Below are positions 9,289-19,196 of a DNA stretch of 64,000 bases, piece after piece. Below the pieces are notes generated by a model, which did no database searches, was not told the DNA's origin, and saw nothing but the letters and a program-made list of their open reading frames with translations. Position 1 is the stretch's first letter; each line of letters begins with the position of its first letter. The position numbers and the translations under genes were made by a program. Source of the DNA: a virus; the IMG/VR virus record IMGVR_UViG_3300005289_000003, positions 1 through 64,000 of that record, one strand, 5' to 3'.

Positions 9289-9864
9289 ATGATTGACATG
9301 GGTAAGGATGCTAAGACTGTTCTTAGCGTCAAGCGTCTTTACGTAGGCGTTGGTTGGAAGAGCACGGCCGGTGGCAAAAAGGGTGTGATGGGTGCCATCA
9401 AGCGCCGTCAGGGCACTGACCTTGACGCATGGGCCGTTGCTCTCGATGCCAATGGGGTTGCCCGTGCTATTGCCTGGTTCGACGATCAGGACCCATACGA
9501 GAATGGTTCTCTTCTCGTATCTGATGACGACAAGACGGGCCGTGGTCCTGGGGACGATGAATTCCTGACTGCTGACCTGGAGAGGATTAGCGGGCAGGTT
9601 CAATCCATCATCTTCGGAGTGTCCGCTTACAAGCCGGGTGTGACCTTCCAAAGCATCTCTTCGGTCTCTGCCCGAATCGTGGACCAGGGAGACAACAACC
9701 GGGAACTAGGTAACTTCATGCTTCCCGTGAACGCCAATGTGAATTCGGTAGCCCTCTGCAAGGTCGTGCGTCGTCCGGATAACACGTGGGAGTACACCAC
9801 CACGGAGTTGTTGGGCAATGCCCGCGACAAGGCACAAATCATCAACTTGGCTGCTTCAGCCTGA
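9289..9864 (+). CDS. terD: TerD-family stress protein
   Basis: VGVGW, DLDA, DDKTGRGPGDDE motifs. Confidence 0.85.
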   Translation: MIDMGKDAKTVLSVKRLYVGVGWKSTAGGKKGVMGAIKRRQGTDLDAWAVALDANGVARAIAWFDDQDPYENGSLLVSDDDKTGRGPGDDEFLTADLERISGQVQSIIFGVSAYKPGVTFQSISSVSARIVDQGDNNRELGNFMLPVNANVNSVALCKVVRRPDNTWEYTTTELLGNARDKAQIINLAASA

Positions 9865-10278
9865 GAAGCCCTCAGACAGCCGCAGAGCCCTAGCCTCTGC
9901 CTTGGGTACCCCTAGACGCTCTGCGGCTGTCCACGGCCCTCCTAGAGCCCTTCACGGGCCTTCCCTGTCGGGTGGTGGTCAGTGACAGATAACCCGTACG
10001 ACTATGACACTGGTCCCTTTAGGCACTACTCATCTTCTGAGAGAACGGGGCAGAATTTAGCCAACTCTGGTCACTTCGCTAGGAGACACCTAGGGGACTG
10101 TGACTTTAGGGTTATGAATGTCGTGGATGAGTGTTATTTCCGTAACCCATCCAAGGGCAACAGATGTGAATGTACTCAGGAAGATATTCGGTGCTGCACT
10201 CGGATTGACTTTGACGAACAATATTGTCTTGAATGCAAGATGTTCTGTCTGAAGCTCATCAAACCGGAGGTAAGAACC

Positions 10279-10446
10279 ATGGATATCAAGACCTGGGTTA
10301 AGGCACATGCAAAGTTCGTCACCGCGATCACTGGTGCTCTGGTTACGATCCTGGCCATGTTCCTAGCTCCTGACCAGGTTGCCGCAGTAACGGCACTTTT
10401 GACAGCACTAGGCGTTTACCAGGTTCCGAATAAGCCTTCGAATTGA
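10279..10446 (+). CDS. holin-like two-TM protein
   Basis: GGAGG SD; AKFVTA...LTALGVYQVPN, typical of actinophage holins. Confidence 0.7.
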   Translation: MDIKTWVKAHAKFVTAITGALVTILAMFLAPDQVAAVTALLTALGVYQVPNKPSN

Positions 10447-10453
10447 GGAAGTA

Positions 10454-10885
10454 ATGGATACTTCAAAGTTGCGTGATGAGGAATTGGCTAGGGCTGTTTG
10501 GGAAAAGATAAATGCCATTCCTTCCACCGAGGGTGAAGGATTCGATTCTGAATTCGTTGAGTTCCTGAAGGAAGAAGGTATTACCGAAGTTTGGCAGCAG
10601 GATGATTACGTGGAACAAATGTTGGACGAAGAAGAGAACGTCTGCGCCACTGCTGCCTGTTTTGCTGGTTGGGCTTGTATCCTTGTTGATGGTTATATGG
10701 CAATTCAATTGCATGAAAGTGGTAGTGACCGTTACTACATGTACAACCGTGCTAAGGAATTGCTAGGTTTGGATGATGCTCAGGCTAACCGGCTATTCCA
10801 CATGGACAATGACCTAGACAGAATCGGCAACCTACTTGAGGACTATTACGATGGAGCCGAATTCAGAACCACAGACGATAAGTAG
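10454..10885 (+). CDS. hypothetical protein (CxTxxCxAGW motif)
   Basis: WQQ...CATAACFAGWA...A.ELLGL....A.RLF. Confidence 0.7.
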   Translation: MDTSKLRDEELARAVWEKINAIPSTEGEGFDSEFVEFLKEEGITEVWQQDDYVEQMLDEEENVCATAACFAGWACILVDGYMAIQLHESGSDRYYMYNRAKELLGLDDAQANRLFHMDNDLDRIGNLLEDYYDGAEFRTTDDK

Positions 10886-11174
10886 GGAAGGGCAACTAAT
10901 AAACGGGCTGATGTGGATTAGGCATCTAGCCGCTTTGCATTTCATTGGAGACGCTTTCGATCCGGAACACATGAGGAGTCTTGCAAATATTGCTAGCGAC
11001 ACGGTAAATGGTAAGGAGTTTCCGGACTATTACCAGACGACCGTGAAGGCACGTGAACGAGCATTTGAAGAAGCCGCGCATTGGCATGAGATATTGAACA
11101 TAGAAGAGAGTGATGATGGGTCAGAGGCAATGGATAGTGGTAGTACCGGAGAGTCTGGGCAACCAGGCACTTAG
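10851..11174 (+). CDS. hypothetical protein
   Basis: ORF in operon. Confidence 0.55.
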   Translation: MEPNSEPQTISREGQLINGLMWIRHLAALHFIGDAFDPEHMRSLANIASDTVNGKEFPDYYQTTVKARERAFEEAAHWHEILNIEESDDGSEAMDSGSTGESGQPGT

Positions 11175-11481
11175 CCACTATGGCCCCTTTGAAGCTGAGA
11201 TGGCCCTACAGCTACAGGACCAACTGAGGCTTAGGGGTGCAACCGTCCACCGAATTTCACCAACGCACTTCAACCAGAAGGGCTACACGTCACCCAAGGA
11301 TTTGACTGAAGTGGTGCCGCTCCTGGATTGGGTGGTCGGCGTTACCCACGCTGACAATTTGGTGGATGAGGAGACGCTTAAGCCCATCAATCAGAGTGAT
11401 GCGGTGAAGATTCTGGAAGGCATCAACCGGGCTGTCATTGACTTCATGCAAAAGAACAAGTTGGGGAAGGTAAATGACTGA
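11110..11481 (+). CDS. hypothetical protein
   Basis: ORF in operon. Confidence 0.55.
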   Translation: MMMGQRQWIVVVPESLGNQALSHYGPFEAEMALQLQDQLRLRGATVHRISPTHFNQKGYTSPKDLTEVVPLLDWVVGVTHADNLVDEETLKPINQSDAVKILEGINRAVIDFMQKNKLGKVND

Positions 11482-11821
11482 CCAGGACATAGTGTTTCTT
11501 CTTCGTGAGAATGAAGAGCAACTAGCCCAATTGACTTCCATGGAGGAGCGTCTAAGGCTTGCCTATCGGGAACGGGCAATGATGGTTGCCAAGCAGACTG
11601 AGAAGCATTATTCGCACTGGACCATAGATCCGGAGTCACCAACCTGGAAGGTAATTTGTATTCACCTGAACACTCCGGAGGGGAGCTTCACCACGGTCAC
11701 ATGGCATATCTCGGCAGATGACCTAAATCTGTTCCCTGATGACCTGAGTACCTATACGGTTTCCGACTATGACGGGCACGACACCGAAGAGAAGTGGAGG
11801 AGGTTCAGGAAGTACGCATGA
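11474..11821 (+). CDS. hypothetical protein (WDGH-like motif)
   Basis: TWHI...YDGHDTEEKW. Confidence 0.65.
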   Translation: MTDQDIVFLLRENEEQLAQLTSMEERLRLAYRERAMMVAKQTEKHYSHWTIDPESPTWKVICIHLNTPEGSFTTVTWHISADDLNLFPDDLSTYTVSDYDGHDTEEKWRRFRKYA

Positions 11822-11928
11822 CATGTGGTAACTGCAATGGCAGTGGAAGAGTAACGGTAATATCCCCAGGGACCAATACACCTATTACAGTTAATTGCCC
11901 TAGGTGTCACGGTTCGGGGAATGTCTAG
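11818..11928 (+). CDS. 36-aa DnaJ-type zinc-finger microprotein
   Basis: CGNCNGSG...CPRCHGSG; ATGA coupling. Confidence 0.75.
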   Translation: MTCGNCNGSGRVTVISPGTNTPITVNCPRCHGSGNV

Positions 11929-12062
11929 TGGCCCTTATCGATTGCAAGTTTTGCAAAGGTAAAAGGACAGTCTCAGTAATCCTTGAAGGGCAGAACCGCG
12001 CCACTACTGTGATTTGTTCTGCTTGTGATGGGACAGGAAAACAATCGGACGGGAAGAAATAG
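11928..12062 (+). CDS. 44-aa DnaJ-type zinc-finger microprotein
   Basis: CKFCKGKR...CSACDGTG; TAGTG coupling. Confidence 0.75.
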   Translation: MALIDCKFCKGKRTVSVILEGQNRATTVICSACDGTGKQSDGKK

Positions 12063-12554
12063 ATGACAGCAATGGCGGATTATGAGATAGCCATCAAGAG
12101 ATGGGCCAAGAAGCATGGGGGTGTCGTGGCCGATAGTTGGAGCAATCCGGGATACTCAAAGGAGTACGCCCTAGAGCATCATGACGTGCTTCTTCCGGAA
12201 CCTGACTTCGGGGACTACGCGGAAAGTAACATCTTCCGTTCGGATAAAGCCTTCATGTTCAACCCAGATAAGCACGCTTACATCTGGGGTAGTGACAGGG
12301 TAAATGAACTGGCCTTGCACAGAGACCAGCACTTCATTACTTATGCGGAAGACTTTGTTGAGAACAAACTGAATAATCTGATTCAGGCTTCAGGTCAGAG
12401 CGTCCTAGTTCCCATCAGGTGGTGGTATTACTGGGCAATGGAAGGAGAGCACGTAAAGGTGCTCACCGTGGCTGGTTGCGTTATTGTGGCCAAGCCAGAG
12501 ATGCGACCGATCGATACTGACCACATCGTCAGTGAGCTACTGAAAGAGGACTGA
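12063..12554 (+). CDS. hypothetical protein
   Basis: abuts neighbouring genes. Confidence 0.65.
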   Translation: MTAMADYEIAIKRWAKKHGGVVADSWSNPGYSKEYALEHHDVLLPEPDFGDYAESNIFRSDKAFMFNPDKHAYIWGSDRVNELALHRDQHFITYAEDFVENKLNNLIQASGQSVLVPIRWWYYWAMEGEHVKVLTVAGCVIVAKPEMRPIDTDHIVSELLKED

Positions 12555-12812
12555 TTGCCTTTCTATTCACCTGAGTTCGTCATTGACGCAACAGTGGTAA
12601 CTCAGGAACACGGCATGTCAAAGCCAACCGGGATACAGACACCGGTATTCGTCAAGGTCTGCGAGCAATGCGGCTGTATCGTGGTTGTGGAAGACGTCCA
12701 TGACCGCTGGCACCTAAAGATAATTAGAACCGTGAGAGACAGCACCATAGCTGTCATTGAGAAAAATAGGGAGTTGAACAGCAATGCTGACTCAGGGGAG
12801 ACACCGGGCTAA
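12555..12812 (+). CDS. hypothetical protein (CxxC..H..WH)
   Basis: GAGGA SD. Confidence 0.6.
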   Translation: MPFYSPEFVIDATVVTQEHGMSKPTGIQTPVFVKVCEQCGCIVVVEDVHDRWHLKIIRTVRDSTIAVIEKNRELNSNADSGETPG

Positions 12813-13062
12813 GACGGAGTACCACTATTTCAACCGGTTTACCGGTAACAGGGAACTCTTCAACCCGATCTATATCATCATGACTTTCCTGGTGAATTAC
12901 TTCTACCAGGCACCCAAGGGAGTGCGGCCGGTCACGGTTCTTGAGATCCAGGTCTTCTCAAAGCAGACGTACGCCGCTACCTACTTTTGCATCATCTCGT
13001 TGACACTTGCCTTCTTTGCTGCCTTTCAGTCCTACTTGGTGGTGGCCACCGGGAGTGTCTAA
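12784..13062 (+). CDS. membrane protein
   Basis: C-terminal TM segment; directly before amidase. Confidence 0.55.
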   Translation: MLTQGRHRAKTEYHYFNRFTGNRELFNPIYIIMTFLVNYFYQAPKGVRPVTVLEIQVFSKQTYAATYFCIISLTLAFFAAFQSYLVVATGSV

Positions 13063-13776
13063 ATGGAACTGTGGTACCCAAATGCCGTAAAGAAGCCCTT
13101 GACAGGCCCCGCGTGGTCCGACCGTAAAGGCACCAGGATCATCGGGTTTGTTCCTCATGTGCAGGTAGGTCACAACTCTCTTCGTGACTACTTCAGTAAC
13201 ACTAAGAATGAAGCTTCGTCCCATCTATGGCTTTCATATACAGGAGTGTTTGAGCAATACATTCCTTTTGATCTGGCAGCCTGGACACAAGCAGCGGGTA
13301 ACAAAGCATGGGTTACCTGTGAGTGTGAAGGCTTCCCAAATGAGCCATACACAGACCAGCAACTAAATAGGCTAGCTGAGTTCTTCAAGTGGGGAGCAAC
13401 TAACTTCGGTTGGAAACTCCAGATTACTGATAATCCAAACGTGGGTGGTTTGGGTACACATGTGATGGGCGGAACGGCATGGGGTGGCCACTCATGCCCT
13501 GGGACAATCCGGGCCGGACAACGGCTAGAAGTTCTACGTAGAGCACAAGCAGGTGGGGTAACACCAACCGGAGGAGTGAGCATGCCGCTAAACCCAGATG
13601 ACAAGAAGTGGCTTCTCTCTCCTGAATTTATGTTCCCTGTTTATAACGGGGTTTGGAAATACCCCTCACCTGTGAACGACAAAGAGACCATGGAAAGCGT
13701 AATGAAGACCTTGGTAACCACATTGGTGTCTATTGACAAGAAGCTGAGTGAAATCCTTGACAACGTGCGGAAGTGA
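13063..13776 (+). CDS. N-acetylmuramoyl-L-alanine amidase (endolysin)
   Basis: H..., SSH, AW.Q.AGN, ECEG, GTH, HSCPG Zn-amidase motifs. Confidence 0.85.
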   Translation: MELWYPNAVKKPLTGPAWSDRKGTRIIGFVPHVQVGHNSLRDYFSNTKNEASSHLWLSYTGVFEQYIPFDLAAWTQAAGNKAWVTCECEGFPNEPYTDQQLNRLAEFFKWGATNFGWKLQITDNPNVGGLGTHVMGGTAWGGHSCPGTIRAGQRLEVLRRAQAGGVTPTGGVSMPLNPDDKKWLLSPEFMFPVYNGVWKYPSPVNDKETMESVMKTLVTTLVSIDKKLSEILDNVRK

Positions 13777-14057
13777 CTATGGCCGATATTCGACATGGAA
13801 CATCAAGCGGGTACGACAGATGTAGGCCACGGTGCGATGCCTGCAAGAAGTGGCGTAGGGACTATGTCAGGGATCACCGGGAGAAGAACCGTGAGACCGT
13901 ACGGGACTACAACCGCCGGTACGCAAAGGCCCTCCGGATCCTCCGATCCGAGTACCCAGAACGGTTCCTAAGGATCCTGCAAGAGGTACGCCAGGAAGAG
14001 GCCCTAGAAGCCCTCAGGGCCTCCCAGAGACTCCAGGGGTACCCAAACCAGCGGTAG
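13773..14057 (+). CDS. HGT..GY..C.C zinc-binding protein
   Basis: RHGTSSGYDRCRPRCDAC. Confidence 0.65.
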   Translation: MTMADIRHGTSSGYDRCRPRCDACKKWRRDYVRDHREKNRETVRDYNRRYAKALRILRSEYPERFLRILQEVRQEEALEALRASQRLQGYPNQR

Positions 14058-14147
14058 GCCCTGTCAGGGCTCCTACGTGGCTCTCAGGGGCCTTCACGGA
14101 GCTATGAGGTAGATAGGTGGTTCGGCATTAATACCGCTACTCCTTTA

Positions 14148-14819
14148 GTGACACTGATTGCCCTCACTGCTGTTGACTATGACGCTGCTTGGGAAGTGTC
14201 CAAGCAGAGATGGAAGTACAACCATGGTTTTGCTGCTGATGATCTGGCAGAGTTTGCGGGCAGGAATTGCTACCAGTCGTGGGATAACCCAGCAAACAGA
14301 ACAAATAAGGAATACATAGGCAACATCCTGGATAAGATGCATTTCTCTGTCTTGGAACATGCATGTGTGACGTTCCACATTGCTGGCATATCCCGAAGTC
14401 TGTCTCATGAGTTTGTGAGACATCGGCATTTCTCCTATAGCCAGTTGTCACAGAGGTATGTGGACGAGAAGGATTCTCCGATCATCCTGCCCCCGGCTAT
14501 AGCCAAGCTTGGTGATCCAGACTTGATGCTTCTTTATGATGATTCCGAGAAGCAAGCTAGGAACGCCTACCCACTTGCGGTAGAGATCCTGATGGAGAGG
14601 TACGGCTATAACCGGAAAGATGCTCGGTCGGCAGCTAGAGCCCTCTTTCCGAACATGTGGTCAACTCAGATTGTGGTGACTGGTAACCACCGGTCATGGC
14701 GAGAATTCTTGGATAAGCGTTTGTCACCAGCGGCAGATGATGAGATCAGAGAGCTTGCTCAGATCATTGTGAAGCAATTGAAGAAGGTAGCACCAAGCAC
14801 GTATCAAGACATGGCTTAG
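14148..14819 (+). CDS. thyX: flavin-dependent thymidylate synthase
   Basis: signature RHRHFSYSQLSQRY; H.SVLEH. Confidence 0.95.
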   Translation: MTLIALTAVDYDAAWEVSKQRWKYNHGFAADDLAEFAGRNCYQSWDNPANRTNKEYIGNILDKMHFSVLEHACVTFHIAGISRSLSHEFVRHRHFSYSQLSQRYVDEKDSPIILPPAIAKLGDPDLMLLYDDSEKQARNAYPLAVEILMERYGYNRKDARSAARALFPNMWSTQIVVTGNHRSWREFLDKRLSPAADDEIRELAQIIVKQLKKVAPSTYQDMA

Positions 14820-14839
14820 GGAAGTTAGGAGATAGCCAA

Positions 14840-15094
14840 GTGGTTGCCAAGACTCCTGATTGGTATATGCGATATATCGGTAACCAGGTAAGGCAATTGA
14901 GAGTGGCTAATGGTTTCTCTCAGAAGGATCTTTCTAGGGAGCTTAATTGCTCACACGATTACTTCTGGAGAATTGAGAACGGCACGACTGTTCCAACCAT
15001 TCACTTCTTGGTGGCTCTGGCGTATCGCTTCGAAGTAGACATTGCTTCTTTCTTTCCAGGACCAGCAACGAAGAAGGCAAATGACACCGTTTGA
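14840..15094 (+). CDS. XRE-family HTH regulator
   Basis: RQLRVANGFSQKDLS...IENG...P. Confidence 0.85.
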   Translation: MVAKTPDWYMRYIGNQVRQLRVANGFSQKDLSRELNCSHDYFWRIENGTTVPTIHFLVALAYRFEVDIASFFPGPATKKANDTV

Positions 15095-15350
15095 AACCCC
15101 TCTTGATTATCAGTTTCCTTCGGATGGTCTGAGGAAGATAGACGAACGAGTAAAGTACTATCGCAACTCTGGTAGCAAGGTAGTCCATAAGGAAGACTGT
15201 AAGAAGCTTGCTTCTGTAGAAAGAAATCAGTGGTTGTGGGCAACCGGTAAGGAACCAAATGCCGTAGTTCAAGAATGCAAAGTAAATAAGTTCGGTTTGA
15301 AACCATGTGTCCAATGCTTCAAAGAAGACATTAAGGAATCTGATGGCTAA
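15081..15350 (+). CDS. hypothetical protein (VHxxxC...CxxC)
   Basis: motif; coupled to neighbours. Confidence 0.6.
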   Translation: MTPFETPLDYQFPSDGLRKIDERVKYYRNSGSKVVHKEDCKKLASVERNQWLWATGKEPNAVVQECKVNKFGLKPCVQCFKEDIKESDG

Positions 15351-15669
15351 GATTGTTACCAATGCAATTTACTTCTCTCAAAAGGGCCGTGACGTCCGGA
15401 CCGTTGAGATTGAAGTAGTGGGAGACATGTTCTTCATCAAGTTGGGCCGGATGATGGCTTCGCTTCCGGTAGAGAAGATGCTCTCTCTGATTAACCAGGC
15501 AAAGGTCCTGTCTGCTGCTACTCCGGAAGAAGACCTAACCCCGAAGGTAGTAGAGGGTGAACCGCTCGTCTCTGAGTTTGTCCCTATGGGGTCAGTTGAG
15601 TCTGGAGTTCTTCCTAGCGGAGAGTCCGGAACCCTGTTTGAAATGCCAGCAACCGACACCGTTCATTGA
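15343..15669 (+). CDS. hypothetical protein
   Basis: AAGGA SD. Confidence 0.6.
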   Translation: MAKIVTNAIYFSQKGRDVRTVEIEVVGDMFFIKLGRMMASLPVEKMLSLINQAKVLSAATPEEDLTPKVVEGEPLVSEFVPMGSVESGVLPSGESGTLFEMPATDTVH

Positions 15670-15840
15670 GATTAGCTTTGAAGCCTTCCTCCATCCTGGT
15701 CTGTGTGCTAACCAGATGTGGGAAGAGTACTGGCGGGCTATCTACCAACACGGTCCGTTCCCCAAAGCTTTCTATGACAACATCTATCAGCCACACCTAA
15801 ACGGACCTACCAGGTTCCCGCATAGCAAGCTCAGGGCATG

Positions 15841-15877
15841 AAAAAGGGGCCACCCGCTTTCGGGTGGCCCCTTCTCT
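15841..15877. terminator. bidirectional terminator
   Basis: AAAAAGGGGCCACCCG-CTTT-CGGGTGGCCCCTT between convergent operons. Confidence 0.85.
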
Positions 15878-15881
15878 GTTT

Positions 15882-16307
15882 CTATTTATTGTCGCTGTAT
15901 GAATCCAACCTTGGGAGTGGCCCTAGTGGCTTACCATCTCTCCCTAGCTGTTCAGCGCAACCCTTGCCAATATACGAATCACGGGCATTGGTGGACAACT
16001 GGATAGTGACGTCACTCGGTGGCCTCTGAGCGCTGTAGTTCGGGAGCATGTACACGCTACGAAGGAAGGGGCAGTCTGCCCGTACCAAGTCCTTGAAATC
16101 GGTACTCAGCGTCTCAAACCGTTGCGCCAATATCACGTCATTCTTAGCGAACTTGTCATTGGTATGTGAGTTGTTTCGAACGATAAGAATAGTAAGGGTT
16201 ATGACAGCTAGCAAAAGAAAAATGACTACTGCACGGAATACTTTGAAGAAAGTCTCTGGACTTCTTTCATATGACATATCCTGCAATGCATTTTTTACTT
16301 TTCTCAC
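15882..16307 (-). CDS. membrane-anchored protein
   Basis: N-terminal TM; two Cys. Confidence 0.65.
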   Translation of the reverse strand: MRKVKNALQDMSYERSPETFFKVFRAVVIFLLLAVITLTILIVRNNSHTNDKFAKNDVILAQRFETLSTDFKDLVRADCPFLRSVYMLPNYSAQRPPSDVTIQLSTNARDSYIGKGCAEQLGRDGKPLGPLPRLDSYSDNK

Positions 16308-16594
16308 GCTGTGCCTCCCTCACCACTTCCATCTTGCGGTGACGTAGAGGAAGAGGAGGATTGAACAGGGGAATTTTCCAATGGCGGAGAAGGTGTAGAA
16401 GTACGTGAAGATAGCAAGTCTGACGCTCTGGCTTGCAGCACTCTTAGCGTAGCGTCCACAGGTACACCCATAAGAACGAATCCTATTACCACTGCTAGAT
16501 ATCTCGGTTCCGGCTGTCTTATCACTTCGTTGATTTCTATCAACAAGCCAATCAACGGTGACAGGATATTCTGTATTAGATTTTTCAGCCACAC
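16304..16594 (-). CDS. small membrane protein
   Basis: two hydrophobic segments; S/P-rich tail. Confidence 0.6.
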   Translation of the reverse strand: MWLKNLIQNILSPLIGLLIEINEVIRQPEPRYLAVVIGFVLMGVPVDATLRVLQARASDLLSSRTSTPSPPLENSPVQSSSSSTSPQDGSGEGGTA

Positions 16595-16630
16595 CTAACA
16601 CCCCACATTCTTTCTATGCCGGCATTCAGG

Positions 16631-17812
16631 TTAGGCCACACGATATAGTTCTTTGTATTTAGCGGCAGAGTTCGGGTTACCACTAAGCAAGTCTGAATCC
16701 ACATTTCCGCCACCCATTGGGTCTGCGAAATAGAATTCAGCGTAAAGGATTCCCTTCGCAAAGAGATCCTGATAAGTCTCAAAAGTGCATTGGATGAAGT
16801 CTGGGTTGTCGAAGCCACCGTTGGCACCAGCCCCGGAAGCTACTCCCCACTCTCCAACAATCAGTTGCTTACCGGCGGACTGTGCCTTACCGGCTAGCCA
16901 CTTGATGCCACCGACCGCGTTGGCCTGAGAGTTGTAGAGAGCCCTTGAGGCATTTATGTCTTTACCTCTTGATGGCGGGTACATGTCATAGGCGTCAATG
17001 CCCACAAAAGTAACCACGTCATTGCCAGGGTAGAGGTTCCATGGGTCGGTAGTGCCCACTGCGGCAGGAGTCCCGTGAGCGTTAATGATCCATGCTGTCT
17101 TCACATTCGGATAAGTCTTCCGAAGAGAAGTCACGATGGCCTTATAACCCTTGATGTACTGGTCTGGGTTGGCATAGTGGCTAGGACCAGAACCAGAGCC
17201 ACCACCCCAATACATGTAGGTGCCGTTCATCTCCCAGGCAATAGAGACGATAACCGGAACAAACCCGGCATCCTCACGTGCCTTCAAACCGGCCCCAATT
17301 TGCTGCCACCAACTGTCATACTTGTTATCTACAAGATCCTTGTAGTTACCACCTGACGGGAACGGGGCAGTCTGGATAAGTAGTTCTAGCTTCTTATCCG
17401 TGTGAGTGGAGATCTGACCGGCGGAGTAGTGGGAGCTAACAAAAGCATTCCACCCAGCATCACGGGTGGCGTACACAATCGAGAAGTCACAAGCACGGCC
17501 ACGGAAGTTGCCCCACTCCGTCACGGCCGAACCTAGGTTGGTATTCCGGCTACCACCACTCCGCCAGAAGGCCCGTACCGGCCCTGTAGGCCCCGTAGGC
17601 GTGCCAGTTGGGCCGCTAGGCCCTGAAGGGCCGGAAGGTCCCGTTGGGCCGGTAGGACCCTTCTCAAGGGCCTCAACACGGGCCACTAGTTCGTTGAAGT
17701 CTTCTAGGGTTGGAACTTCTACACCAGGCATAGAGAGAAGTACCTCTCTTACAGAAGGAACAAAGTGCGTTCCACCTGGGAACCATGCCGGTTGCCATCT
17801 AGGCAGACTCAT
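16631..17812 (-). CDS. GH26-like glycoside hydrolase with N-terminal coiled coil and Gly-Pro-Thr/Ser linker
   Basis: WEMNG, GIDAYD, GEWG clan GH-A motifs; true start may be ~17731. Confidence 0.75.
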   Translation of the reverse strand: MSLPRWQPAWFPGGTHFVPSVREVLLSMPGVEVPTLEDFNELVARVEALEKGPTGPTGPSGPSGPSGPTGTPTGPTGPVRAFWRSGGSRNTNLGSAVTEWGNFRGRACDFSIVYATRDAGWNAFVSSHYSAGQISTHTDKKLELLIQTAPFPSGGNYKDLVDNKYDSWWQQIGAGLKAREDAGFVPVIVSIAWEMNGTYMYWGGGSGSGPSHYANPDQYIKGYKAIVTSLRKTYPNVKTAWIINAHGTPAAVGTTDPWNLYPGNDVVTFVGIDAYDMYPPSRGKDINASRALYNSQANAVGGIKWLAGKAQSAGKQLIVGEWGVASGAGANGGFDNPDFIQCTFETYQDLFAKGILYAEFYFADPMGGGNVDSDLLSGNPNSAAKYKELYRVA

Positions 17813-18677
17813 AGAGTTCTCTTATGGTCTCTAGGGGAAGGCTGCCAGGATCGGCACCTTCCGGAAGATTTGCGTAGTCGACCGAAGAGATAAGCATGCC
17901 GTCAATGACTTCTTTAGTGGAGGCTAGAGCCTTTCTCCCACTGACGTCATTGTCATAAAAGCATACCACTCTTTTGATATTCAACTTGTGGAGAAGAATT
18001 AGATGATCATCTGAGAAGTATGATCCATAGATCCCTAGGGCCGGAACTCCCGCTTGCCATGCTCGGATCACATCTGTAGGGCCTTCCATCAGAGCCACGG
18101 TCTGTGCTCTGGGCTTCCGGACCTTCCAGGAACCGAACATGTTCTTCTTCTTGGGAAAGCTCTTTGGGTAGACGTATTTCCCATGCTTCGTCTTGTCCAG
18201 ACGACGGAACGCCACTCCCAGGAGCCTGCCGTAAAGGTCCCTCAGAGGCAGTGTGAGCCTGTCTGAGATGGGGTCGTACCCAAGGCCCCAGGAAGCCACG
18301 GTAGGGCCATCAAAGCCCCTCTGAGCCCATGCGTCGTGAGGGAAGGCAAAGCGCTGTAGGGAAGGTTCAGGTAGGAACTTCCGGCCGTATGGTGCCGGTT
18401 GGTTAACCTTCATCTCCATGAAAGCCACCTGAAGATTCAGGACTTCCAGGGATACCGGCGGTTCAATATAGACAGCACCAAAGTGCTTGAGGAACTTTCC
18501 AATACCACCCTTGGCACCACACGAGTAACAGATAAAAACCCCACGTCTCAGGTTGAACCGAAACGAAGGGTTGGAATCCTCATGGAACGGGCAAAGGGCT
18601 AGTGCCTCTTCACCCGAGATATTGAAGATGGTCAAACGTTTCTTGGCTATATCTTCATATCGATACATGACCACCAT
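17799..18677 (-). CDS. dnaG: DNA primase (CHC2 Zn finger + TOPRIM)
   Basis: CPFHED...CYSC; EG.TD; YDND..G. Confidence 0.9.
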   Translation of the reverse strand: MVVMYRYEDIAKKRLTIFNISGEEALALCPFHEDSNPSFRFNLRRGVFICYSCGAKGGIGKFLKHFGAVYIEPPVSLEVLNLQVAFMEMKVNQPAPYGRKFLPEPSLQRFAFPHDAWAQRGFDGPTVASWGLGYDPISDRLTLPLRDLYGRLLGVAFRRLDKTKHGKYVYPKSFPKKKNMFGSWKVRKPRAQTVALMEGPTDVIRAWQAGVPALGIYGSYFSDDHLILLHKLNIKRVVCFYDNDVSGRKALASTKEVIDGMLISSVDYANLPEGADPGSLPLETIRELYESA

Positions 18678-18722
18678 CCAAAGAAAAGGCCCGGCAAGCT
18701 CAGTGCCTACCGGGCCAATCCC

Positions 18723-19196
18723 TTACTCTTCCTCTGCCGCTACAGGCTCAGTATCCCCTGACGTGGCTTCCGTAGTCGGGTTGCTCACCCAGACGACTTT
18801 ACAAGGCTTCCCGACACGCCGGACGTAGCGCTCACACCAGCCAACGCCACCGGAGTTGGTGTCTTCCGTGCAGAGGATGACCACGTAATCGGACTTGTCG
18901 ATGATTTCAGCGTTAGTGTCCCTAAAGCCACCGACAGCATCCCACTTATAAACCTTGGTGGGGATGGTCTCGTAATTGACCCGAAGGTTGTGGGCAATGT
19001 CAGTGGCAATTGCCGGAACACCACTGCCGTTAGAGACATAGACGTTATCGTACTTAGCGTCTGCCCCTGAGCAATTGGTATTCATGAATTCAGTGACAAA
19101 CTCACGAACTCTGATTACTTCTTCAGGAGACAGGTCTTTGCTACCCAAAAAAGAAACGTTAGCCACTTGATTTCTCTTCCGCTTTGTCTTGGTCAC
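18723..19196 (-). CDS. SLOG/YspA-like nucleotide-binding protein
   Basis: FLGS..., W....GFRDTN.EII..SD.V, SGG...GKP pattern. Confidence 0.55.
   Translation of the reverse strand: MTKTKRKRNQVANVSFLGSKDLSPEEVIRVREFVTEFMNTNCSGADAKYDNVYVSNGSGVPAIATDIAHNLRVNYETIPTKVYKWDAVGGFRDTNAEIIDKSDYVVILCTEDTNSGGVGWCERYVRRVGKPCKVVWVSNPTTEATSGDTEPVAAEEE

Noticed and set aside
9982-10278. Cys-rich N-terminal extension of the holin ORF
   Set aside because: GGAGG SD supports ATG at 10279; I cannot support the upstream part as translated
17575-17660. DNA tandem repeat
   Set aside because: Explained by the Gly-Pro-Thr/Ser linker of the GH26-like protein
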